This document shows, piece by piece, positions 18,864 to 28,091 of a stretch of 64,000 nucleotides of DNA. Source of the stretch: Polyangia bacterium (GTDB lineage Bacteria; Myxococcota_A; Polyangia; Nannocystales; Nannocystaceae); contig JAUIKS010000008.1 of NCBI GenBank assembly GCA_030430565.1, positions 175,225-239,224 of the forward strand. Reading direction: 5' to 3'. Below the pieces are notes generated by a model. That model was not told the origin of the DNA. It did not search any database and saw only the letters and a program-made list of their open reading frames with translations. The position numbers and the translations under genes are program-made. The number at the start of each line of letters is the position of its first letter. The stretch's first letter is position 1.

Positions 18864-18899
18864 GGGCCCGCTCCCGGAATCTAGTCCGGTCGCGGGCCC
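18864..18899 (-). terminator. GC-rich hairpin (8-bp stem GGGCCCGC/GCGGGCCC, 20-nt loop) downstream of kinase gene stop. Possible intrinsic terminator without U-tract.
   Basis: Perfect inverted repeat seen in sequence about 40 nt past the stop codon of the 18937..21333 (-) gene. No T-run. Confidence 0.2.
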
Positions 18900-18936
18900 A
18901 CCGCTTTCGAAACCGTGTTGTGCGCGCGGCGCTGGC

Positions 18937-21333
18937 TCAGCGCTTCCACCACGGTTTATCGGTCGTGCTGGGCTCGCTCTCCACGTCGTCCACCTTCATG
19001 CCGGACGAGCTGAAGTCGACATCGATCTCGTCCGAGCGTGATCCAGAATCCTCGACATCCACGTCGACATCGACATCGACATCGACATCGACATCGACCG
19101 ATGAGCTGTCCAGAGACCCGAGATCGATCTCCACGCTCGTGATGGGATCGCTCTGCTTCGGCGTAAACGGAGACGGGCGCGCGGGGCTCTGAAACGGGTT
19201 CTGGGCCGGCGGCGCGAACGGCGAGCGCGCTGCGCGGTTCGGCACGGCGCGCGACGCGGACGACATCCGTCGGTTCTCGGCTTCCTTAAATCGGTTCGCC
19301 AGGGTCTTGATGAAGGCGCCCATCCACGGCTTCATCGCGTCAAACTCGCGCTCGATCACGTCCCCGGTGACCATGATCAGGGTTGTCTCGGTGACTGCGA
19401 CCACGCTCGCGGTCCGCGGCGACTCGGCGAAGATCGCGGTCTCGCCGAAGACATCACCTGGGCCGAGCATTCTCAAAGAGACGCGCTCGCCGTTAACAGA
19501 CTTGTAGACCTCGAGCCGCCCGGCCTCGACGATGTAGGCCGCGTCCCCGACCTCTCCCTCGCGGATGATGTGCGTCCCCTGCTTGTACGTGATCGTGGGG
19601 AAGTTCCCCCCGCCGCGAATGAGACGCTGAAGATCCTGCCGGAGCTCGTCTGTCGATTGGTAGCGCTCGGCGGGCTTGCGCGAGAGCGCCTTCATCGTGA
19701 TGCGCACGATCTCGCGCGGGTACATCGTGCCGCCGACGATCTCGCTCGGCGCGACGATCTCGGCGCGCTGCGCCATCCTTAAGGTCTCGATGTTCGAGTT
19801 CCCGCGGTACGGCGGCCTGCCGGTCAACACCTCGTAGAGGATCGCCCCGATCGCGAAGATGTCAGAGCGTTGGTCCAGCTCCGCGTGACGACCACGAGCT
19901 TGCTCTGGAGACATGTAGCCCGGCGTGCCGAAGACGAGGCCCTCGGTCTCCTCCGGCGGCAGCTCGGGGAGCGGATCGAAGACGATGTTCCGCCCCTCCC
20001 CCTCCACTTCGAAGAGGCGCGCGCCGCCCCAGTCCATCAGGTAGACCTGGCCGTAGTCGCCGACCATGATGTTCTCGGACTTGATGTCGCAGTGCAGCAC
20101 CCCGCGAGAGTGGGCGTAGCCGAGCGCGTCGCAGACCTTGATCAGGATCTCGAGGATGTTGAGCAGCCGGTCGTGATCGCGATACTTGGAGTGCCGGATC
20201 AGCTCAGCGAGGCTGCGCCCGTCGATCAGCTTCATCGTGAAGAACAGCCGCCGCTTCGCGTCGAGCCCGAAGTCGTGAACAGGGACGATGTTCGGGTGCG
20301 CGAGCTGCCCCGTGATCTGCGCCTCGCGAATGAAGCCGCGGACGAGCATCGGCTGTTGATATGTCCGATCGTGCAGGAGCTTAATTGCGCAGCGACGCTG
20401 CAGCGCGCGGTCGAGCACGACGCCGATCGCGCCGGTTCCTCCGCGCGCGATCTCTCCCTCGTAGCGCAGGCGCTCGCCGCTCTGCGCGAACACGGCGCGG
20501 ATCATCTCTTGGATGCGTGGGTGAAACGAGGCGATCAACGCCGCGCGCTTAGCCGCGCGCTCCGCCCGGGACGAACGGCGGATCCCCGAGTGCTCGGCCA
20601 GGTCGTGAGGCGTCGGGATCGCGCGCGAGCTGACCGCGGGAGAGTCGGCGATGTCTCGCGCCCTCGCGGAGCTGGAGGTCGCGCTCGCCTTTGACGGCGC
20701 GGGGGGGCGAGACGTCGCCCCTGGTGCCGCCAGCGCTGACGAGGTGGGGCGCGCCCCCGGAGCGGGGATCACAGGGAGCGAATCACTCGGCGTGATCGTG
20801 TCGGGCAGCGTCGTGCTCGGCGAGATGTTGACCGGGACCGACTCGTCGAGGATCGGCGAGCCGCGGGTCGACGAGCTAGGAGTCAACGGCTCCTGCACAT
20901 CGCGCGAACGTCTCCCAGCGACCGAGGGCGCTGGCGGGATAGCGGAGGACGGGGTCCCGCGCGGCGGCGTCGACGGCACGCCCAGGATCGGCGGCGTCGC
21001 GCCAGAATCATCAAGACCGCTCCCCGCGAACGGCGGCGGCGGGAGCAACGGCGCGGACGAGCTGGAGCCGCTGGGTGGAGGTCCCGCGATCGGCGGCGGC
21101 GGCGATGACGACGGAGGGACGATCGGCGGAGCCGGGGCGACCTTGGAGCTCCCCGAAGCGCGTGCCCCTTGAACCACGGGAGGCGGGGGGACGGCCCCGC
21201 GCTTTCGAGTCCGGCTCGGCACGACCGGCGGCGCGACGACGCGTGAGCCGGATCGACCCGCGTCGCGCTCATCACGACTCGTCGCGGATTCGGTCGACGG
21301 CGGTCCGCCCGCGCGCTTTTTCGAGTCGCCCAT
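18937..21333 (-). CDS. Ser/Thr protein kinase with C-terminal cyclic-nucleotide-binding (CAP-family) domain
   Basis: Pro/Ser-rich N-terminal about 300 aa. Kinase core (AIKLL, HSRGVLHCDIKSENIMV, DWGGARL, GTPGYMSPEQ). cNMP-binding block HIIREGEVGDAAYIVEAGRLEVYK...LGPGDVFGETAIF...RTASVVA. (VD)n acidic tail. Confidence 0.8.
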   Translation of the reverse strand: MGDSKKRAGGPPSTESATSRDERDAGRSGSRVVAPPVVPSRTRKRGAVPPPPVVQGARASGSSKVAPAPPIVPPSSSPPPPIAGPPPSGSSSSAPLLPPPPFAGSGLDDSGATPPILGVPSTPPRGTPSSAIPPAPSVAGRRSRDVQEPLTPSSSTRGSPILDESVPVNISPSTTLPDTITPSDSLPVIPAPGARPTSSALAAPGATSRPPAPSKASATSSSARARDIADSPAVSSRAIPTPHDLAEHSGIRRSSRAERAAKRAALIASFHPRIQEMIRAVFAQSGERLRYEGEIARGGTGAIGVVLDRALQRRCAIKLLHDRTYQQPMLVRGFIREAQITGQLAHPNIVPVHDFGLDAKRRLFFTMKLIDGRSLAELIRHSKYRDHDRLLNILEILIKVCDALGYAHSRGVLHCDIKSENIMVGDYGQVYLMDWGGARLFEVEGEGRNIVFDPLPELPPEETEGLVFGTPGYMSPEQARGRHAELDQRSDIFAIGAILYEVLTGRPPYRGNSNIETLRMAQRAEIVAPSEIVGGTMYPREIVRITMKALSRKPAERYQSTDELRQDLQRLIRGGGNFPTITYKQGTHIIREGEVGDAAYIVEAGRLEVYKSVNGERVSLRMLGPGDVFGETAIFAESPRTASVVAVTETTLIMVTGDVIEREFDAMKPWMGAFIKTLANRFKEAENRRMSSASRAVPNRAARSPFAPPAQNPFQSPARPSPFTPKQSDPITSVEIDLGSLDSSSVDVDVDVDVDVDVDVEDSGSRSDEIDVDFSSSGMKVDDVESEPSTTDKPWWKR

Positions 21334-21537
21334 ACAGCGCCGTATTCAGCCCAGCGGGCCGCATCGTCGTTCTACCACATTCCCCGGCTCCAGCCCCTGA
21401 TGCACGCGATCTCGATGGGCGAGTGCGCGCTTGCTGCTGCATCGAAAGACAGGTGTGTCGAGGTCGGAGCGAGTTCGAATTGGCCGCCGGGCCGCGCGTG
21501 TCCCCGATAGGTGTGAACAGGCCGGTCAGCCCCCGAA

Positions 21538-24500
21538 TCAGTCGCGCGCCGTGAACTCGAGCAAGCGCTCGACGAGCTGCGAGAGCGTCGCGCTGGAGCG
21601 CGCCAGCTGCTCGTCGCTCTCGGCATTCGCGATCGCGCTGAGCGGCGCGCGAAGCTCTCGCCCCACGGTAGCGAGGAATACGCTCTTCGCTCGACACGCG
21701 GCGATCGCCTGGCGGCGCGCGTCTTCGAGCGACGCCGCGCGGGCCCGCAGCCGCCGCGTGTGCGCGAGGTGACCCGTCACGTCCGAGACGAGCACGTACT
21801 GTCGTTCGCGCGGGCCCTCCCGCCGCGCGCGTCGACCTGTGAAGGTGAGTTCGAACGCGCGCCTAGGTCCGCTGCGCGGCTCGACGTGGAGCGTCGCCGT
21901 GCGAATTTTCCCGTCGAGCGCTCGGTGGAGGGTGGCGTCGAGGCGCTCTCGGACCGCGCCCCACCACTCCGCCGCGCTCCTCCAGGTCGACGTGAGACCG
22001 TCGAGCGTCTCGTCGAAGCCCGTGAGCTCGCCGTCGGTGTCGACCGTGATCACCGCGATCCCGAGCGCCCGCGTCGCGCTCTCGAACAGCTCCGTCGCCT
22101 CGCGACGCGCGGCCGCTGCGGTCAGCTCCCGCCGGATGAGGCGCGCCGACTCAATCGCGAGCGCGATGTAGATCGAGAGCGACTGCAGGACGCGCTCGTC
22201 GTCCCTCGTGAACATCCCGGCCGCGAGTCGATTGTCGAGATAGACGACCCCGATCGCGCGCTCACCTAGGTTCACCGGGGCCGCGATCACGCTCCGGAGC
22301 CCCAGCACGGACTCGCTGCGAGCGCCGCCGACGCTCCCGAAGGAGCGCTCGTCCGCGGCGCTGAGAAACAGCGAGCGCTGCTCGGCGAACACGAGCGAGA
22401 CGACCGACTCATCGACGCGCGCCTCGGGCGGCAGCGGCCCCCCGCTCGCGCCGCGGCCGGCGACTCGACGCGGCGTTGAACCTGTCTCATCTACCAGGTA
22501 GAGGAAGCCGCGCTCGGCGCCGAGGAAGCCGAGCAGCACGTCGAGGATCAGCTGCGCTTGATGCTCGAGCGTGCTCGAGCGCGCGGCCGAGAGACTGAGC
22601 TCGAGCACGGTCTCGTGGAAGCGCGCGGGGCTGGCGTGAAGCGGGAGCCCGAGCGGGTGCTCCGGCGACTCCCGGTCGCTCGAGAGCGCCTCGGTCCCCG
22701 TGACGCGAGCGGGACGGGGCGGCGGCGCGGCCGCTTGAAACTCTTGCTGGATCCACGCCGCGCGGGTCGCCATCCCGTGGCGAGCCGCGAGCGCGTGCGC
22801 GCGGGCGCGGGCGCGGGCCGCCGCCTCGAGCCGCCCCGTCGTTGTGTGGAGGTGGGCGCGCACGCGCGCGGCCTCGCACAACGCCCGCGGGCTGTCGATC
22901 CGGAGCGCGAGCGTCTCGGCGCGCTCGACCCACGGCTCGACGCGCGCGACCTGCCCTGTCAGCAGGCAGTAGGTCGCCTCCATCACGGCCCACTGGGCCT
23001 CGATGATCGGCACGTCGCTGGCGTCCCGAACGCGATCGAGCAGGGCCCGCGCCCGCGCACGCTCGGCGCCCCGAAGCGGTCGCGCGGCGCGACGACGCAG
23101 CGCGCGGAGCAGGACCCCCTGCGCCGCCGCGATGAAGCCGTGCCGGCCGTCGACCGTGAGCCGCCGCGGGTTGAGGTCGAGGTCGAGGAACTGCTGGACG
23201 CGACGATCGAAGAGCGCGTCGAGCTCGCCGGTCTCGACGAAGATCATCAGCTCGCAGCTGAGCAGGCTGACGCGGACGTAGATCTCGGAGGCGTAGGGGC
23301 GCATCGCCGCGCGCGCGCGCTTGAGCTGCTGCAGCGCGGCGCCCCCGAGCCCGCGCCCGGCGAAGACGCACGCGGCGTAGATCGTGACGACGTGGGTCTG
23401 CGCCCGACGAGCGTCGGCGTTGATCAGGAATCGACGGCACACGCGCTCCGCCCAGCCCCGCGCCTCCTCGACGTAGCCGCGATCGTACAGGTTCCACATC
23501 AGCGCGTAGACGATGTTGCCGTAGGCGTCCGTCTCGAGGCGGTGCTCGCCGATCGCCATGGCCTCGAGGTACGCCGCGAGCGCCGGCCGCGAGTCACCGA
23601 GCAGCTCGAGGCCGTATCCGCGGTACCCGATCGCGCGGGCGAGCGCGCTGCGGTCGCCGAGCGAGCGCGCCATCGCGATGGAGCGATCGACGTAGCGGAG
23701 GAAGCGTCGCCGCAGCTTGAGGACCGACATCACCATCGCGTAGTTGGTGTAGGCGAGCACCTGCGCGCGGTCGGGCGTGGGGCGCTCGGCGAGCTGCAGC
23801 GTGCGGACGGCTGACTGAACGAGCAGGCCGCCGCGCATCGAGAAGTAGGCCGCGTGATCGACGACGTACAGCAAGCGAAGCATGATTCGGCGGCGCTCGG
23901 CGGCGGACGGGATGTCGCGGACGCGCGGGCGCGCGGGCGCGATCAACCCCGCGACCGCGCTGATGAGGCCGCGCGCCGAGTCCGAGGGCGGCGTCTCGCC
24001 GAGCGCGGCGAAGCCCCGGTTGACCTCGGCCATCGCCTCCTCGAGGAAGAAGCCGGCGACCTTGACCTCGGCGACGCTCGCGTGGATCGACGCGCGTCGC
24101 AGCGAGGTCTTCGCGCGCGCGAGCGCCTCCGCGAACGCTCGATCCGCGTCCTCGATGCGCCCGACGAGCCCGCAGACCTCTCCGCGGAGCTCAAAGAACG
24201 CGCAGTCGAGCCCGACGGCGGCGACGCGCGCGGCCGCCTCCGCGCGCTCGAGGTAGCGATGGGCGTCGCGCGCCGCGTGGCGATCAAACGCGAGCTGCCC
24301 GGCGCGGAGGTTGCTCTCGAACACGCGCGCGTCGCTCTGCACCGACGCGCCGGCGGCGTTGTAGTGACGCGCGATGGCGAAGATCACGTCAAGGTCGGCG
24401 TCGGCGCCTCCAGCCTCGAGCGCGCGCGCGCAGCGGGCGTGCATCCGCGCCGCCTCGTCGCGGTCGAGCCGAGCGAGCAGCGCCTCGTGGAGCCGCTCGT

Positions 24501-26460
24501 CGACGAAGGCGTAGCGCCGCTGGCCGACGCGCTCGATCACCCGCGCCTCGACGCCGCGCGCGAGCGCCCGAGAGATCTCGTCCGCGGGGCGCTCGCTGAG
24601 CTCGGGCAGCAGGTCCTCTTCGAAGCGGCCGCCGATCACCGCCGCCGCCGTCAGCACGTAGCGCGCCTCGTCCTCGAGCGCGACCAGCCGCTGGGTGAGG
24701 ATCTCGAGCACGTCGCCGGGCAGGTCGAGGGTCTCGAGGCGCTCGCGATCGAAGACCCACTCGCCCCAGTGAGGTCGCAGCGCCCCCGCGTCGAGCATCG
24801 CGTGGACGTACTCGCAGATCTCGACGGGGATGCCGCCCGTCCGGGCCGCGATGTGCTCGATGACGCTGGGCGCGAGCGCGCCGCCGAGCAAGCGCTGGAT
24901 CAGCCGCGAGATGTCGTCGACTTCGAACGGCGCGAGGCGAATGGTTCGCGTCGCGAGCTGGCTGATCGGGGTCTCGACGAGCGCGGCGCGGGGATCCTCG
25001 CGCGCCCCCAGCACGACGCAGAGGCGCGCGTCGCCGGCGGCCAGCGCGAGCCGCCGCAGCACCTGCACGCTCGACCAGTCGATCCACTGCGCGTCGTCGA
25101 GCACGAGCACGAGCGGCCGCGCCCCGTCGCCGACCAGCTGGAAGAACTCCGCGATCGCGGCGAGAAAGACATCGTCGGAGCTCGACTCGCGGACCTCCCG
25201 CTCGCGCGCGAACGCGGAGAGCCGCGGGCAGAAGCGCGTGAGCAGCCCCGTTCGCTCAGCGGTCGCGCGCTCGAGCGCCCCGCGCGTCGCGTCGCGCTCC
25301 TCGCCCCGCATGCGGTCTAATTCGCGGAGCGTCCGCTCGACCGCGCGACGCAGCGGCGAGAACGGGCTGCGCTCGCGTTGCTCGCACGCGCCGACCATGA
25401 CCAGCGCGCCGCTCGAGCGCGCGCGATCACAAAATTCACGCAGGACGCGGGTCTTGCCGACGCCGGCGCGACCGCGCAGCAGCACCGTGTCAGAGAGGCC
25501 GACCGAGGCGCGCTCGACCGCCTGGGAGAGCGCCCGCAGCTCCGCGCGTCGGCCGACGAGCGGCAGGGCGCTTGAGGTCTCATAGGACAGGTTGACGCCG
25601 CCCAAGCTCGGCGCCTCCCCCCGCCCCGCCCGCTCGTTGAGCTCCGGGATCCGCTCGAGGTCCTCGATCAGCGCGACGGCCGACTCGTAGCGCTGGTCGG
25701 GGTCCTTCGCCAGCAGCCGCGCGATGATCGCCGAGAGGGCCCACGTGACGTCTGGCGCGAAGGCCTGGACCCGCGGCGGCGCGTCGCGGGTGTGCATCTT
25801 CATCAGCTCGCCGACGTCGTTGGACAGAAACGGCGGTCGCCCGGTCGCGCACTCGAACAGGCTGACGCCGAGCGAGTAGAGATCCGCGCGACCGTCGACC
25901 GGGCGCGGGAGCATCCCCGTCTGCTCGGGCGCCGCGTAGAGATAGGTGCCCACGACGGCGCGCCCGGCCTGCAGCTCGCTCGTGTGCGTGGCGAGGCCGA
26001 AGTCGACGAGCGCGGCGCCCCCCCGCGCCGGCAGGATGATGTTGCGCGGCTTGACGTCGCAGTGCACGACGCCGCGACGATGGGCGACGTGCAGCGCGCG
26101 GGCGAGGCTGCGCGCGAGCCCGATGATGCGCGCCTCGTCGAGCGGCCCAGCGCGCAGCACGTCGGCGAGCGTGGGTCCCTCGATGATGTCCATCACGAGG
26201 AACACGCGCCCCTCGCTCTCGCCGATCATGTGGATCTTGGCGAGCCCGGGATCGTCGAAGCACGCGAGCAGCGAGGCCTCGCGCCGAAACTGCCGCTGGA
26301 CCTCGGGCTCGAGGCTGCGGCGCTGAACCTTGATCGCGTAGCGCCGGCCCTTGTGAACGCCGCTGAAGACGCGGCTGAAGCTGCCCTCGCCGAGCTCCCG
26401 CAGCAGCGTGATCCCGAACCCCTCCAGATCGGGCGGCGGGCTTCGCGTGGCCTTCGCCAT
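21538..26460 (-). CDS. Multidomain signalling protein: Ser/Thr kinase - AAA/STAND ATPase - TPR-like - GAF - PAS-like - His-less HisKA remnant
   Basis: Kinase motifs (AIKVQRR, HRRGVVHCDVKPRNIIL, DFGLATH). P-loop LLRGRAGVGKTRVL. GAF region LYLVDETG...IAAPVNLGERAIGVVYLDN. Terminal FLATVGRELRAPLSAI resembles HisKA H-box (SHELRTPL) with His->Arg and no HATPase_c domain. Confidence 0.8.
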   Translation of the reverse strand: MAKATRSPPPDLEGFGITLLRELGEGSFSRVFSGVHKGRRYAIKVQRRSLEPEVQRQFRREASLLACFDDPGLAKIHMIGESEGRVFLVMDIIEGPTLADVLRAGPLDEARIIGLARSLARALHVAHRRGVVHCDVKPRNIILPARGGAALVDFGLATHTSELQAGRAVVGTYLYAAPEQTGMLPRPVDGRADLYSLGVSLFECATGRPPFLSNDVGELMKMHTRDAPPRVQAFAPDVTWALSAIIARLLAKDPDQRYESAVALIEDLERIPELNERAGRGEAPSLGGVNLSYETSSALPLVGRRAELRALSQAVERASVGLSDTVLLRGRAGVGKTRVLREFCDRARSSGALVMVGACEQRERSPFSPLRRAVERTLRELDRMRGEERDATRGALERATAERTGLLTRFCPRLSAFAREREVRESSSDDVFLAAIAEFFQLVGDGARPLVLVLDDAQWIDWSSVQVLRRLALAAGDARLCVVLGAREDPRAALVETPISQLATRTIRLAPFEVDDISRLIQRLLGGALAPSVIEHIAARTGGIPVEICEYVHAMLDAGALRPHWGEWVFDRERLETLDLPGDVLEILTQRLVALEDEARYVLTAAAVIGGRFEEDLLPELSERPADEISRALARGVEARVIERVGQRRYAFVDERLHEALLARLDRDEAARMHARCARALEAGGADADLDVIFAIARHYNAAGASVQSDARVFESNLRAGQLAFDRHAARDAHRYLERAEAAARVAAVGLDCAFFELRGEVCGLVGRIEDADRAFAEALARAKTSLRRASIHASVAEVKVAGFFLEEAMAEVNRGFAALGETPPSDSARGLISAVAGLIAPARPRVRDIPSAAERRRIMLRLLYVVDHAAYFSMRGGLLVQSAVRTLQLAERPTPDRAQVLAYTNYAMVMSVLKLRRRFLRYVDRSIAMARSLGDRSALARAIGYRGYGLELLGDSRPALAAYLEAMAIGEHRLETDAYGNIVYALMWNLYDRGYVEEARGWAERVCRRFLINADARRAQTHVVTIYAACVFAGRGLGGAALQQLKRARAAMRPYASEIYVRVSLLSCELMIFVETGELDALFDRRVQQFLDLDLNPRRLTVDGRHGFIAAAQGVLLRALRRRAARPLRGAERARARALLDRVRDASDVPIIEAQWAVMEATYCLLTGQVARVEPWVERAETLALRIDSPRALCEAARVRAHLHTTTGRLEAAARARARAHALAARHGMATRAAWIQQEFQAAAPPPRPARVTGTEALSSDRESPEHPLGLPLHASPARFHETVLELSLSAARSSTLEHQAQLILDVLLGFLGAERGFLYLVDETGSTPRRVAGRGASGGPLPPEARVDESVVSLVFAEQRSLFLSAADERSFGSVGGARSESVLGLRSVIAAPVNLGERAIGVVYLDNRLAAGMFTRDDERVLQSLSIYIALAIESARLIRRELTAAAARREATELFESATRALGIAVITVDTDGELTGFDETLDGLTSTWRSAAEWWGAVRERLDATLHRALDGKIRTATLHVEPRSGPRRAFELTFTGRRARREGPRERQYVLVSDVTGHLAHTRRLRARAASLEDARRQAIAACRAKSVFLATVGRELRAPLSAIANAESDEQLARSSATLSQLVERLLEFTARD

Positions 26461-26544
26461 GCCTCAGACAGTATCAGGAAGCCGACGACGGCCGCCGCGT
26501 GATCTTGCCCTCGGGGACATGTCCAAATGAGGATGTGCTTCGTT

Positions 26545-27963
26545 CTAGAGGCTCGCGAAGAGCTCGAGCGGCAGGTCTACGCGCGCCCCCCAGGCCGCCT
26601 CGTCGTGGAGCGCGCCCGGCTCGTGCCAGTGGAAGACGTCGTCGCCGTCGGCGTAGCCGATCGACTGGAGCGCGGCGTAGAATTGCAGGTTTACGCAGAA
26701 GTTGTCGAAGTCGTCGCCGTCGTCCTCGATCCCGTCGGCGTCGTCATCCGAGCAGGTGCCGCCCCCGCCCGAGTCGAGGTACAGCGCCGTCCCGCGGTGC
26801 CCCGCCGCGACGTAGCGCTCGATCATCGTCAGGCCCGGCGGCTGCGCGCCGTCGAGCGAGCCCCAGCCCATGGTGCCGGAGAGGCTGAGCGCCATCGCGT
26901 AGCGCTCCGGGAAGCGGTCGGCGATGTGAAACGAGATCAGCCCGCCGAGCGAGGAGCCCATGACGCCGACCAGCTCGACCTCGCCGTAGGCCTCCTCGAT
27001 CAGCGGGCGGATGACGAGCTCAACGAGGTCGGCGTAGCGGTCCCCCTCGCCGCCGATCATGCCGCCGCCGATGTCGTCGGCGACGTGCGTGTACTCGTCC
27101 ACGCGCGCGGGCGTGTTGTCGACGCCGACCAGCAGCACGCCGGGCGGGGCGCTCTCCTGCAGCGCCCACGAGCCGAAGGGCGCGTCGGGGTTAAACAGGT
27201 TCTGCGCGTCGTGGACGTACAGCGCGCGATCAAAGGCCCCGTCCTGCGGGACCCAGATCTCGAGATCGCGCGGCGCGAGCTCGTAGCCGCTGATCGAGTA
27301 CCAGCGCTCGAGGTGCGCCGCGCTCGCGCGCACCAGCGAGATCGCGCCGAAGTCGTCGTAGTCATGTCGCCGCCCGAGCGGGTCCGCGATCCACTGATCG
27401 CCGCCGTCCGTGAACTTGTAGCGACTCCCGTCGGGCGCGGCGATCTCGAGCTCGAGCCACGAGAGCGCGCCGGTGGTCTCCATCGCCTGCCCGGCCCAGC
27501 CCTCGTGATCACCGGCGAGGCTCCAGCCCTCCGGACCACAGAGGCAGGCGAACAGGAAGCTCCCGCTCGCGGTCTCGACCGGGAGGCCGCCGCGGCCGGC
27601 GATGGTCTCGAGCGCCTCCTGCGGATCAACCTCGCCGGCGATCGCGGCGCGCAGCAGCTCCTCGTCCTCCGAGAGCGGCTCGCCGCCCGTCGTCTCGGCC
27701 CCTGTGCCCGTCGTCTCCTCACCCGCGCTCGTCGTCGCCTCGCTCGTCGTCGCCTCGCTCGTCGTCGCGCCCGCGCTCGAGCTCGCCGCGCTCGACGTCG
27801 GCGAGGCGCCCGTGCTCGTCGCGTCCGTGTGCCCGCCGCCGCTCGAGCTCGCGTCGGTCACCGCGCCGTCGGTCTCGGAGTCGCGGCCGGAGTCGCCGCT
27901 GCAGGCGACGAGCAGGCCGCCGAAGAACGCTGTCATCAGGCGCGTACGAGGTGGTTTGGGCAT
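26545..27963 (-). CDS. Lipoprotein alpha/beta-hydrolase of the putative-esterase (esterase D / enterochelin-esterase-like) family
   Basis: Start MPKPPRTRLMTAFFGGLLVACSG (lipobox). Nucleophile elbow GVMGSSLGG. N-terminal Ig-like domain as in enterochelin esterase. Acidic T/S-rich linker. Confidence 0.6.
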   Translation of the reverse strand: MPKPPRTRLMTAFFGGLLVACSGDSGRDSETDGAVTDASSSGGGHTDATSTGASPTSSAASSSAGATTSEATTSEATTSAGEETTGTGAETTGGEPLSEDEELLRAAIAGEVDPQEALETIAGRGGLPVETASGSFLFACLCGPEGWSLAGDHEGWAGQAMETTGALSWLELEIAAPDGSRYKFTDGGDQWIADPLGRRHDYDDFGAISLVRASAAHLERWYSISGYELAPRDLEIWVPQDGAFDRALYVHDAQNLFNPDAPFGSWALQESAPPGVLLVGVDNTPARVDEYTHVADDIGGGMIGGEGDRYADLVELVIRPLIEEAYGEVELVGVMGSSLGGLISFHIADRFPERYAMALSLSGTMGWGSLDGAQPPGLTMIERYVAAGHRGTALYLDSGGGGTCSDDDADGIEDDGDDFDNFCVNLQFYAALQSIGYADGDDVFHWHEPGALHDEAAWGARVDLPLELFASL

Positions 27964-28091
27964 GTCGCGCGGACGATATCGCGCGTCCCCGACAGACGGC
28001 AAATTGTCCGCGCGGGGACCGAGCGCCCGGGCGGCGCCGCGGTCGCGCGATCCCGCGGTGTATCATGCCTTCGCGTCGTCGGGCGGGATCC

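Noticed and set aside
22487-25087. Several long Arg-rich ORFs (e.g. 22487..23497, 23854..25320, 24389..25087) inside the 1640-aa kinase gene
   Set aside because: Alternative-frame artefacts of the high-GC coding region. The 21538..26460 frame carries coherent kinase, AAA and GAF motifs.
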